The translations under genes were made by a program, and so were the position numbers. This document shows, piece after piece, positions 20,929-31,400 of a stretch of 64,000 nucleotides of DNA. The stretch comes from an uncultured Verrucomicrobiae bacterium (GTDB lineage: Bacteria; Verrucomicrobiota; Verrucomicrobiia; Limisphaerales; Palsa-1400). Where the stretch lies: positions 160,001 through 224,000 of the forward strand of contig CAVXRD010000003.1 in assembly GCA_963764165.1 (NCBI GenBank), read 5' to 3'. The notes below the pieces were generated by a model. The model had not been told where the DNA came from, ran no database searches, and was given only the letters and a program-made list of their open reading frames with translations. Numbering within the stretch: the first letter of the stretch is position 1; every line of letters begins with the position of its first letter.

Positions 20929-20997
20929 ATCATGTGAAATCGCGTGATGTCATAAATTGACATTTTGGCCCAAACTGATTACAATGATTACGATGAT
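20929..20997. promoter_or_regulatory. Candidate operators in a divergent promoter
   Basis: Inverted ATCATGTGA-AA-TCGCGTGAT; direct TGATTACAA/TGATTACGA upstream of the DUF433-like gene. Confidence 0.4.
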
Positions 20998-21012
20998 GTG
21001 GGAGATCGCTTT

Positions 21013-21444
21013 ATGACGCGCAGCAGCATGGTGACAAGCCGCCTTGAGCCGGAGCAGCATGAGCGCCTTGTGCGAAAGGCCAGGCAAATGGGCCGCTCGC
21101 CAAGCGAAACTGGAGCGCTTCTCATCGAAGAAGGGCTTCGCCGGGATGAATTTGCGTTCATTGATTTCCGCGACTCGCCAACCGGGCGCCGAGCGTATGT
21201 CCAAGGCTCAACGCTGGCTGTTTGGGAAGTGGCATGGATTGCGCGCGGTTACAAAAGCGACGCCGCGAAAACCGCCTCGCATTTAGGCATGACGCCTCTC
21301 AAGGTAATGGCGGCTCTAAACTATTCGAAGGCTTTTCCCGATGAAATTGACGAAGCGATAAGAGAGCATGACGCTTCTGACTTTGAGTCGCTTTCCCGCA
21401 TGGTGCCGCAAGCGGAAATCTTTCCACCGGCAAAAAGGCGATGA
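21013..21444 (+). CDS. DUF433-like antitoxin with RHH-like N-terminus
   Basis: IDFRDSPTGRRAYVQGSTLAVWEV...AALNY...FPDEI. Confidence 0.75.
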   Translation: MTRSSMVTSRLEPEQHERLVRKARQMGRSPSETGALLIEEGLRRDEFAFIDFRDSPTGRRAYVQGSTLAVWEVAWIARGYKSDAAKTASHLGMTPLKVMAALNYSKAFPDEIDEAIREHDASDFESLSRMVPQAEIFPPAKRR

Positions 21445-21447
21445 CGT

Positions 21448-21831
21448 TTGCGCCCGCTCCGCTTCTTAACCGATGAGCACATTTCCCCTGTCGTAGCGCG
21501 GGAAGCGAGGCGGAAATGCCCCGGCATTTTCATCATTTCCATTCACGAGTGGCGGGAAGGCGCTTTTCTTGGCTCGCAGGACCAAGTGTTTTTGCCCGAA
21601 GCGTCAAAGGAGGGGCTTGCCTTTGTGTCGTATGATCAAAAAACCATCCGGCCACTCTTAAAGAGTTGGGCCGAGGCGGGAACGGATCACGCGGGATTTG
21701 TGTTTGTCGACGAAAAGACAATCGCGCCGCAAAATTTTGGCCGTCTCGTGAAGTCGCTCTGCGACCTTTGGCGAAGTGAAAAGCGGGCATCGTGGGAAAA
21801 CCGGGTCGTCTATCTGGTCTCACCCGAATAA
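21448..21831 (+). CDS. DUF5615 / PIN-like toxin
   Basis: RFLTDEHI...D..FL..A......VSYD...HAG. Confidence 0.75.
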   Translation: MRPLRFLTDEHISPVVAREARRKCPGIFIISIHEWREGAFLGSQDQVFLPEASKEGLAFVSYDQKTIRPLLKSWAEAGTDHAGFVFVDEKTIAPQNFGRLVKSLCDLWRSEKRASWENRVVYLVSPE

Positions 21832-21893
21832 ATTATTGCCGGCAAAAATCTTCCTTGGAAAAGGGCAACGGGTCTTCCCGATTGAGTCAACTC

Positions 21894-22122
21894 GTCAGCC
21901 CTCACTTTTGCGCTTTGGTTTTGGCGGTGGGTGCCGGATGTGAGAGGCATTACCACATGTCCCGTCAACCCGACGGTTGCGGGCGAGACGACGATGACGC
22001 TGGCCTGGACCGCTCAGCGTCTGCACATGGGCAGTTGGAGCCATGTGTCGAATCTTTTGCAAAAACAAAAAGTGCAAAAAGTGAGGAAATCGGAATGACA
22101 CCGGAACCGAAATGATGACACC
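21894..22122 (+). mobile_element. Internally deleted TIR-flanked Y1/RAYT-like transposase relic
   Basis: Inverted ends GTCAGCCCTCACTTTTGCGCTTT / AAAGTGCAAAAAGTGAGG..TGAC; ATG 21957 MSRQP joined out of frame to RRLR(A)ETTMTLAWTAQRLHMGSWSHVSNLL. Confidence 0.5.
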
Positions 22123-22187
22123 GAAATCGGATTGATTTCGTTGTCGTTTTTAAGCACTGTTCCGGCAGCAGATTTGCTTTTGAAACA

Positions 22188-22400
22188 ATGAATCGTCAAT
22201 TTACCGCAATCATCAAACAGGACGGGGATTGGTGGATTGGCTGGGTGGAGGAAATTCCCGGTGTTAATTGCCAGGGGAAGACCCGCGCGGAGCTTCAAGA
22301 AAACTTGCGCTCCGCGTTAAAAGAGGCGCTAGAGTTTAATCGCGACGATGCCCTCGCCGCTGCGCAGGAAGGATTCGAGGAGGAAGCCATCGTTTTATGA
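22188..22400 (+). CDS. hicB: HicB-family antitoxin
   Basis: FTAIIKQDGDWWIGWVEEIPGVNCQGKTRAELQENLRSAL. Confidence 0.9.
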   Translation: MNRQFTAIIKQDGDWWIGWVEEIPGVNCQGKTRAELQENLRSALKEALEFNRDDALAAAQEGFEEEAIVL

Positions 22401-22582
22401 AACGGCGGGAACTCGTCCGCCATCTTGCGACCCACGTGTGCGTGCTAATTCGCGAAGGCAGCGACCACTCATGGTGGGGCAATCCGGTTTCAAATCGGCG
22501 CTCTGCTGTGTCCAGGCCCTCAGAGATCAATAAATTTCTTGCGCTATAGATTTGCCGCGATTTCGGCATACCAGTGCCATAA
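22397..22582 (+). pseudogene. hicA: HicA toxin with in-frame TAG
   Basis: MKRRELVRHLATHVCVLIREGSDHSWWGNPVSNRRSAVSRPSEINKFLAL*ICRDFGIPVP; TAG at 22547-49; ATGA overlap with hicB. Confidence 0.8.
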
Positions 22583-22809
22583 GAAAATTCTCCCGCGCCT
22601 TGTCTGCCATAGACTTGGCGAAGGGGGGAATGCCCTTTCTTATCCACAAGGCCCTCTCCAAAGCCTATCAACTACTCAATAAACCGGGCCACCTTTTCCA
22701 GGAAGTTTCCCATCGCAGCCGCTGCCGCAAAACCACCCGAAAAGTGTCAAGAGGAATACATGCCCCTTATCTAAGCGCCATTCTCCCTTCGGGATTTCCG
22801 GAAAATCTC

Positions 22810-23002
22810 TTAGCCCGAACCATGCAGTTCATTTCACTGGGAGCACACCCGCCCTCGGGTGTGGACGACTGGCGCCTCGCCAGTCGCCAGTGGGAAATTC
22901 TTCGAACCAAGCGGTTCAGGCTTTGAATGTGTTCCGCGAGGGCGCGGAACACTGCACGCGAGGCGCGTGCGCTCCCCAAACCATCTGCATAGTTCCGGCT
23001 TA
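22810..23002. repeat. MITE-like element with nested REP arms
   Basis: Outer IR TTAGCCCGAACCATGCAG / CTGCATAGTTCCGGCTTA; inner GGGAGCACACCCGCC... / ...GCACGCGAGGCGCGTGCGCTCCCC. Confidence 0.65.
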
Positions 23003-23068
23003 GAGCGGGGCATCAGAGGGATTATCGCATTCCACTGAAAACGTCGATAGACCCTTTCTAACGGTCTG

Positions 23069-25096
23069 CTAGGGTGCCAGTCTCAGCCGGAAAAATGCCG
23101 GACCCTGCGCGGGCACCGTGACTGCATGCTGCGCTCGATTGAGATCAACCGGCGGCGACGCGACCAAGGACCAAGGCCCGGTGACGCTGGGGGCGGTTTC
23201 CAGCAATGCCCCCATCAGCGGCAACGGCCACGCCACCGTCATCTGGCCACCCGGAGCCGGAACCAGGGTGAGTTGCGCGGGCGCGCCTGTGACCACCACT
23301 CGGGCGGGTTTGGACCACCCGCGCGAATTGGCCGGATTCACCGCGTTGGCGGAGAACGACCATGTGCCCGTCGTCAAATTGGAAACCGTCATTGAGTAAG
23401 GCGGACTAAACACCGCACCGAGGAGATTCGTGCCCTGCCAAAATTCCACCCACTGGATTCCTTGCGGGTCGCTGGCGGTCGCGGCCAGGGTCACGGACGC
23501 AGGCGCGGTCAGCGTGGTCAAATCCGCCGGGCTCACCAGCACCGACTGTGGCGGCGTGGCGGCGACGCCGTTCACATCCAGCAGAACCGTCGCCGCGCTG
23601 GAGACTGCCTGGCCGTCACTCACCGTAAACTGGAAAGACTCGGAACCGGTGAAGCCGGCCAGCGGCGTGTAAGACAAATTCGGCGGCGTTCCGGTCAAAA
23701 CGCCATACCTGGGTTGCGTAACCAACGTGAACTGCAGCGCGTCGTGATCAGCGTCAAAGCCCGTCAGCGTCAGGTTCATGGGTGTGTTTAGCGTCCCGGC
23801 GAAATTTGCGGGCAGCGCGCTCGGCGGATGATTCGTGACCGGCTGCGGCGTGGTGTCAAAGGAGTAAATCGTCCCGCCCGAGACGCCGGCCCACACCGTG
23901 TTGCCATGGGCGGTGATGATGCCTCCCGCGATGACCGCATTCGAAAGGGCGGGTGGCAGTTGATTGGTCAGCCCGCTGATCCCGGTGTTGAACTGGCTCC
24001 AATTCATGCCGTCCGCCGACCGGTATATGCCGCCGGTCCGGGCATAATTCTGGTTCATGTAAGTAAAAGAAATTCCCGACGCGGTCGTCACCACAACTCC
24101 CGGGGCCGGCGTCGCTGGCAGTCCGAAATCCGCCTTGAAATACGTTCCGTCGCCGGGCCGGTAGCCGATTAATTGAACACCCGCCCAATTCGCCGAACCC
24201 GGGAAAACCATGCTGAACTCGGCGTTGTTGCAGACAACATTGCCAAACCGGTCAAAGCCTGCGGCCCCGGCATTGCCGATCCGCCCCAGCGGATTGAGCG
24301 TGGCGGCGTTGGTGAAGTCCGGATCCAGGCTTGTCCATGAAAGCCCATTGTTGGCCGTGTGCAGAAACCCGCCCGTCTCCGAGCCGACCACTACATCCCC
24401 GCCGGGCGCGACGGCAACGCCGAAGATTTTTCCAAAGTAAGTTTCGCCGTTGATCAGCGGAAAATAATCGGCCGGCACCGAGGCGTCGATGTCGAAGGCC
24501 TGATAGCTCCGCCCGCCGTCTGTGCTGCGGTAGACGTAGGAGGCGAACCCCGAAGTCGTCCACAGCGAGCCATCCGGCGCATTGGCAAAATTGCCGGCAT
24601 AAGCCGTGTAGGGGTAGGTCTGGCCCGTCACCGCCGCTGGCTGCCACTGGCTGGCATTCTCGTCCCAATAATAAAACACCGGGATGGCGTTCGGCACCCC
24701 GGTATAGGCATAAATGCTGTTGTTGATGACATTAACCGGGCTGCCGGAAATGACCGGGACACCCTGCGGGGAAACGCCCACGTTCCATAACGCAAAACCG
24801 TTGCTGTTCGCCGCCGACCAACCCGGAAACCCCGTCATCGGCATGGCCGAAAACACGTGGTCCGTGAGCGCCGCCCGATAAACCCCGTTGAACGTCGTGG
24901 CGTAGTAAAGATTCGTGCCATCCGTGGCCAGCCGGGCAAACCCGGCCGCCACGCCCGAAGTGTTCGTCACCGTCGCCTTGCCCCAGTTCGTCCAAGTGTC
25001 CGCCCCCGCGCCAGCCGCATATGCCAGCCAGACGCCCGCCGCCAGCGCCCCTGTCCGCTGCGCTTTCATCCATCGACCGACAATGCCATTTTTCAT
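23069..25096 (-). CDS. Secreted BNR/Asp-box beta-propeller plus Ig-like domains plus C-terminal sorting-like domain
   Basis: Signal peptide; YRSTDGGRSY, HTANNGLSW, YRSADGMNW Asp-boxes; Big_9-like (D.D.D.L.F...P..G.LTG...SYTP...F.G.ESFQF.V.DG). Confidence 0.8.
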   Translation of the reverse strand: MKNGIVGRWMKAQRTGALAAGVWLAYAAGAGADTWTNWGKATVTNTSGVAAGFARLATDGTNLYYATTFNGVYRAALTDHVFSAMPMTGFPGWSAANSNGFALWNVGVSPQGVPVISGSPVNVINNSIYAYTGVPNAIPVFYYWDENASQWQPAAVTGQTYPYTAYAGNFANAPDGSLWTTSGFASYVYRSTDGGRSYQAFDIDASVPADYFPLINGETYFGKIFGVAVAPGGDVVVGSETGGFLHTANNGLSWTSLDPDFTNAATLNPLGRIGNAGAAGFDRFGNVVCNNAEFSMVFPGSANWAGVQLIGYRPGDGTYFKADFGLPATPAPGVVVTTASGISFTYMNQNYARTGGIYRSADGMNWSQFNTGISGLTNQLPPALSNAVIAGGIITAHGNTVWAGVSGGTIYSFDTTPQPVTNHPPSALPANFAGTLNTPMNLTLTGFDADHDALQFTLVTQPRYGVLTGTPPNLSYTPLAGFTGSESFQFTVSDGQAVSSAATVLLDVNGVAATPPQSVLVSPADLTTLTAPASVTLAATASDPQGIQWVEFWQGTNLLGAVFSPPYSMTVSNLTTGTWSFSANAVNPANSRGWSKPARVVVTGAPAQLTLVPAPGGQMTVAWPLPLMGALLETAPSVTGPWSLVASPPVDLNRAQHAVTVPAQGPAFFRLRLAP

Positions 25097-25354
25097 TTAT
25101 TATGCCTTCACCAATGCGCCCGGACTTGCGGCTTAGTTATCCAGCCGACCTTTTGATGGAAGCCGGTGGATGGCCAGTTAAACCTGTTGAAGCTGCGGAC
25201 GGCAATACGCCGTGGGACGTATCCTCTCGAATGGGTTCGTCGTTGCGGTGTCCGCCCTCACTTTCTGCATTTTGGTTTCGACCTGGGATGGCGGGTGTGA
25301 GAAGGTGGCATCAGCAGCGTCGGAAAAAGCGGCTGCTGCAGTTTGCGTGGAAGA

Positions 25355-25370
25355 CTACAAGATTTGGTAG
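25355..25370 (+). promoter_or_regulatory. Candidate response-regulator site CTACAAGATTTGGTAG
   Basis: Matches 31723-31738; TGGTAAAAA -10-like element 25 nt downstream. Confidence 0.55.
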
Positions 25371-25404
25371 CTGTAGGCGGCAGCGCAAAGCTGGTAAAAA
25401 AGGA

Positions 25405-28400
25405 GTGTTCATCAAGCCTAAATCAAAAGAGTTTATTCGGAATCGGCTCTGCCATTGGGAGGTCGTCTCTTTCGCTGTCATGGCGATTTGTGGGCTGCTT
25501 TGCCCCGGGCTGGCGCGCGCGCAGGCTCCGGCTGCCCTGACGGATTTGGGGACAGTCGCGCCCAATCCGGGCAAATACGATGTTTCACAGTTGAGCGCCG
25601 CCGGCGAAGCGAACATGCCCGACGGCCTGAACTACTATACTGACAACCAGTCCAATCACGGCGCGGGCGAACCGGGGCAGACGTTTACGACGGGCACCAA
25701 CGCCCTCACTTATACGCTCAATACCCTGGCCATCCGCACGGGCGGGGGATCTTCTTCTGGAACAACCACTCCGCAAAGTTATTTGCTGCATATCTATTCT
25801 GTGAGCAATGGCACTGCGGCCGTAATAGCCACTTATATTGCAACGAATGTCACTTTCAACGATGGTGACTGGCTGCGGTGGAGTGGATTGGCGGTGACGT
25901 TTTCGCCTGCGAGCGTTTACGGCTATTCGTTCGGAAAAGCTTCCGGCGCCACCTCTGGATGGGATGGCATGGGAAACTCCGGGGGTAATCCTTACGCTGG
26001 CGGTGAGTTGGGGTTGCTGCCGGTTGCAGGTGGCGCAGTTACCTTTGGCGCCAGCCATAATTACGACGCCATTTTTGACATTGGACTGACTTCCAATGGT
26101 CCATCGGCGGCGGTGATCACGAATAATCCACCGACAGTGATCCAATCCACCTCTGCCACGCTGGCCGGAACAGTCCTATCCACTGGGGGCAGTGCGCCGG
26201 TGGTGAGGATTTTTTACGGACCGGCGGACGGCGGAACGAACGCCAACGCCTGGGCCAACAGCGTCGCGCTGGGAGCAGAATCCGGTGGTTTTTCAACGAC
26301 GGTGACGGGATTGTCCGCGAGCAAAACGTACTTTTTTGCCGCCCAAGCGTCAAACGTGTACGGGATTTCCTGGGCTCAACCGTCCGAAAATTTCACGACG
26401 CTGGCGGATACGAATCCGGCTCCAGCCGTGCTCACGGATTTGGGCGCCGCCGCGCCGACTCCGGGCTTGAACGACGTCTCCCAATTCAGCACGACGGGCG
26501 ATTCAGATACGCCGGACAATCTGAATTACTACACTGACAATCAACCTGGGCACAACGCTGGCGAGCCAGGCCAGACGTTTACGACTCCTGAGAATTCCTC
26601 CGGATTCCTGCTGGCTTCGGTCGCCCTGAAAACGGGTGGGGGAACCAGCTCCGGCACCACCACGCCGCAAGGGTATTTGCTCCATATTTATTCGGTGAGC
26701 AACGGCACAGCCTCGGTGCTGGCGACCTTCAGCGCCACAAACTTTGCTTTTAGTGACGGTGACTGGCTGCAATGGAGCGGCTTGAATGTGTCTCTCTCCG
26801 CAGGCGCTGTTTACGGTTATTCATTTGGCAAGATTTCAAGCGCGGTCGGAGGCTGGGAAGCGATGGCCAACGCCAGCGGCAGCCCTTACGCCGGTGGCGA
26901 ACTGGCCTTGATGCCGGTGGCCGGAGGATCGATTACTTTTGGCGCCAGTCATTCTTATGACGCGGTTTTCGACATCGGGCTGACCTCGACCGGCCCTCCC
27001 ACAGTGGCACGGATTGCAAACAGCCCGGCGACGGCGATCCAGGCGTCATCCGCTGCCTTGAATGGACAAGTGGTTGCCAGCGGCGGCAGCTTGCCGCTGA
27101 TTTCTTTTTTTTATGGGACCGTCGACGGCGGAACAAACGCCGCGGCGTGGTCCAATAGAATTACGGTTGGATCGGAATTGGGGAGTTTCACCGCGACTGT
27201 CACGGGGTTGCAGAGCAACTCGACGTACTACTACACGGCGGAAGCGTCCAACGCCGCGGGAGTTTCATGGGCTGTACCTTCCGCCAGTTTCACTACGCCC
27301 GCCACAGTATCCGTGCCGGCAGTGACGAATCTTCCCGCCACTTTCGTATCCGGAGCGACAGCGACCTTGAATGGACAGGTCCTCAATACGGGCAACGAGT
27401 GGCCGCTCATTTCCGTTTATTACGGAACAAACGATGGCGGGACAAATGCAGTCGCGTGGTCAAACGCAGTCTCCCTTCCGGCGCAATCCGGCCCTTTCAG
27501 CGCCCAGATTGTTGGATTAATTCAAGGTGTCAAATACTACTTCACCGTCTCCGCATCAAATTCGGCAGGAGTGAGCTGGGCACAGCCATCGCTTAGCTTC
27601 ACGACGTTGACCGTGACTCGGGTGCCAGTGCTGACCTATCATTACGATAACACCCGCCAGGGCTGGAATTCAAATGAAACGGCGCTTTCGCCAGCGAACG
27701 TCAATACGGCCAGCTTTGGGAAATTATTCACCTATGCGGTCGACGGATATGTCTATGCGCAGCCGCTGATTGTCACCAACTTGACCATTCCAGGCAGGGG
27801 AGTGCGCGATGTGGTTTTTGTGGCAACGGAGCACGACTCCATTTTTGCTTTTGACGCAAATAGCAATGGAGACGCCAGCGGCGGATTGCTTTGGAAAACA
27901 AATGTGGGAATCTCCGCTGTCTCTCCCTCCACTGAATATGGCTTGCGCTACCACGGGGTGGGAAATCTGGACATGGTTCCCGAAGAGGGCATGACGGGAG
28001 CGCCGGTCATTGACCTCGCCACCGGGACGCTTTTTGTGGACGCATTCACGCGGGAAGTCGTCGCTGGGATTTCCACCAATTACTATCATCGCATCCATGC
28101 CTTGAACATTACCAATGGAATGGAGCAGCCCTACAGTCCGGTGGTGGTCGCCGCCACGGTGCCTGGCACGGGCGTGTCTGGAAATGGAACGGGCAGCCCT
28201 GAAACAGAAAACGGAACCAATGTCACATTTTCAGCAATTCAAGAATGCCAGCGCCCGGCGCTGACATTGGCTGGCGGAGTATTATATGTATGCTATGGCA
28301 GTCATGATGACACTGACCCGTATCATGGCTGGGTCTTCGGCTACAATAGCACCAATCTGGCGATGTTAAGCGTTTTTAACACGACTCCGAATGCCACCCT

Positions 28401-31400
28401 GGCGGCTTTTGGCGGGAACGCGGGCGAGGGCGCCATCTGGATGAGTGGCAACGGACTGTGCGTGGATGCCAATACCAATTTGTATTTCCTGACCGGGAAT
28501 GGATCCTTCAGTCAAAACACCAACGGCGGCGATTACTCCGATAGCTTTGTCAAACTCTCCACCGCTTCCAACAAATTGACAGTGGCGGATTACTTTACGC
28601 CCTACAATCAAGCCTCGCTGCAAGCGAGTGACAGCGACTTGGGTTCGGGCGGCGTGATGCTATTGCCGGATTCCGCCGGCAGCACGAGTCATCCGCATCT
28701 TATTGTCGGCTGCGGCAAGGATGGGAACATCCGTCTCGTGGATCGGGACAACATGGGGCATTACAATGCCGCGAATGATAATCAAGCCGTGCAGGAGCTT
28801 CCGGGCGCGGTGGGCGGCACATGGAGTTCTCCCGCGTATTTCAATCATTTGATTTTTTACGAGGGCAGCGGCGATGTGATGAAAGCGTTCTACATCACGA
28901 ACGGCGTGATTTCGTCCACCCCGATTTCCCAATCGTCCACTAGCATCGGCTTTCCTGGCGCAACGCCAACCATTTCCTCCAGCGGCACGAACAATGGCAT
29001 CGCCTGGGTCATTGACGATGGAGCTTACTTGAGCAGCGGCCCGGCGGTGTTGCACGCTTACAATGCAACCAATCTCGCCATTGAACTGTATAATTCCAGC
29101 CAGGATTTGCCCCGTGACAATCCGGGCCCGGCTGTGAAAATGGTTCCTCCGGTTGTCGCGGGCGGCAAAGTGTATGTCGGCGCGCAATATGCCTTGTCGG
29201 TATTTGGCTCGGCTGTGTTTATGGCCGCTCCCACCATCTCGCCTGCCAGCGGGCCGTTCACCAACTCGATCACGGTGACCCTGGCCGACGCCAACGGCGG
29301 GGCTTCCATTTATTACACGCTGGACGGCACGGCGCCTTCCACAAGTTCTATCCTTTACACAGGACCATTCCTCTTGACAAACAGCGCCATAGTCCAGGCC
29401 ATTGCCGCGGCGCCAGGCGCTGTCAACAGCGCCGCGGTCAGCGCTTCGTTTCTGAACAGCGCCGCTTCGGGAGCCGGAATTGGACTGACCGGCAGCTACT
29501 TCGCCAATAGCACCAGCGCAAATCCCTTCGCCGGTTCTCCGGTGTTGACTCAGACAAATGCGACAATCAATTTCAACTGGGGCATGAACGGCCCAAGCCC
29601 GGTCGTTGGCGGGACTAATTTCACAGTGCGGTGGACGGGATCCATTCAACCACAATTCTCCGAGGCTTATACGCTTTACCTCACTGCCAATGCGGGCGCG
29701 CGCCTCTACATCAATGGTCAGTTGTTCATTAACGGCTGGCAAAACCAAACCAATGCCGCTACTCTTAGCAATAGCATCCCGCTGGTGGCGCAGCAGCTTT
29801 ATGGCATCGAGCTCGACTACTACCAAACGACCAACGATGCCAGCGTATCACTTTCGTGGAGCAGTCCGTCCACGCCGATGGCCATCGTGCCGGAAACGCA
29901 GCTTTATCCGTTCACCAATCCGCCCCCATCCGTAGCGCTCATTGCGCCGGCTAACGCTTCGAGTTACACCGCCGCCGCGAGTGTTTCCATGAGCGCCGAT
30001 GCCGATGCGCCTTACAATCCAATCAGCATGGTCAGCTTCTATGCCAATGGAAGTTTAATTGACAGCGTGACCAATCCTCCCTACACCGTCACTGTTACAG
30101 GGCTGGCGGCTGGCAATTACACTTTGACGGCGGTGGCTGTGGATGGCAGCGGGTTGAGCAGCACGACAGCGCCGATAAACATTGCTGTCACTGCGGCGAC
30201 TGGCCAGCCTTACGGGCTAACCAATCGCAGTCCTGCTCCCGCCTTTTTTAATATGCCAACGACGTTTGCCGGCCCGCTCCCGGGGCTCCTTTCCCAGACC
30301 GGGGTATTTGGCAATACTGCCAACATGGCGCCCGTCGGCGGTTTGATCCCCTATCTCCCCAATGTGCCGTTGTGGTCGGATGGCGCGTTGAAGACCCGAT
30401 ATTTCGCCGTCCCCGGCGGCGGTGGCATAGGCACGCCAAATCAACAGATATCGTTCGCCCCCACCGGCACGTGGAGCTTTCCCGCCGGGACGGTTTTTGT
30501 GAAGACTTTCCAATTAAACACAGACACAAGCAATCCCAACGTCTTGCACCGGCTGGAAACGCGCCTGCTGGTGCGCGACATCAACGGAGCCGTCTATGGC
30601 GTGACCTACAAATGGCGCCCTGACAACAGCGATGCGGATTTGCTCACGAACAGCTTGACCGAGCAGATATTAATCACGAATTCCACGGGTGTCGCCGCAC
30701 AGACGTGGTATTATCCAAGCCCGGCGGATTGCTTGCAGTGCCACACGGCCCCGGCCAATTACGTTTTGGGTGTCAGCACCCGGCAGTTGAACGGAAACGG
30801 GACCTATCCTTCCACCGGCGTCACGGACAATCAGTTGCGGGCGCTCAACCGCCTTGGCCTTTTTAATCCAGCGTTCGACGAAGCGTCCATAACGAACATG
30901 GAAAAGCTCTCGGCGCTGACTAACCTTGGCGCGCCTTTGGTGGAGCGCGCTCGTTCTTATTTGGATGCCAATTGCGCGCAATGCCATCAGCCGGGGGGCA
31001 CCGGCATTACCTTCGATGCCCGTTACGACACGCCGCTGGCCAGCCAGAATATCACCAACTATCCCGCCGCCATTTCGCTGGGTTACGACAATGCTTGCAT
31101 CATTAAATCGCAGGATATTTGGCGGTCGATGATTTACCAACGGATGAATACGACCAATGCCGGCGTCAAAATGCCTCCGCTGGCAAGAAATCTGATTGAC
31201 ACCAATGCCGTGGCGGTCATGGCCGGGTGGATCAACAGCCTGCCCGGAATTCCCGCGCTGGCGCCGCCGGTCATTACTCCGGACGGCGGCGCATTTTTCT
31301 CAACTGTGAGCATCAGCCTGGCGGCGCCGGATACCAATGCGGCCGTTTATTACACGCTGAACGGCTCCCTGCCCACCACCAATTCGTTCCTCTATGCCGG

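Noticed and set aside
22547..22549. Stop-codon readthrough or pyrrolysine in hicA
   Set aside because: Other conserved residues are also degraded and TAG is used as a normal stop in the window; a pseudogene is simpler
25021..25404. N-terminal extension of the 2230-aa ORF
   Set aside because: Overlaps the divergent gene start and promoter motifs; the signal peptide lies at about 25405-25520
25531..26982. Diversity-generating retroelement TR/VR pair in the repeated domains or the msrA copies
   Set aside because: Differences are not adenine-specific and no reverse transcriptase is present
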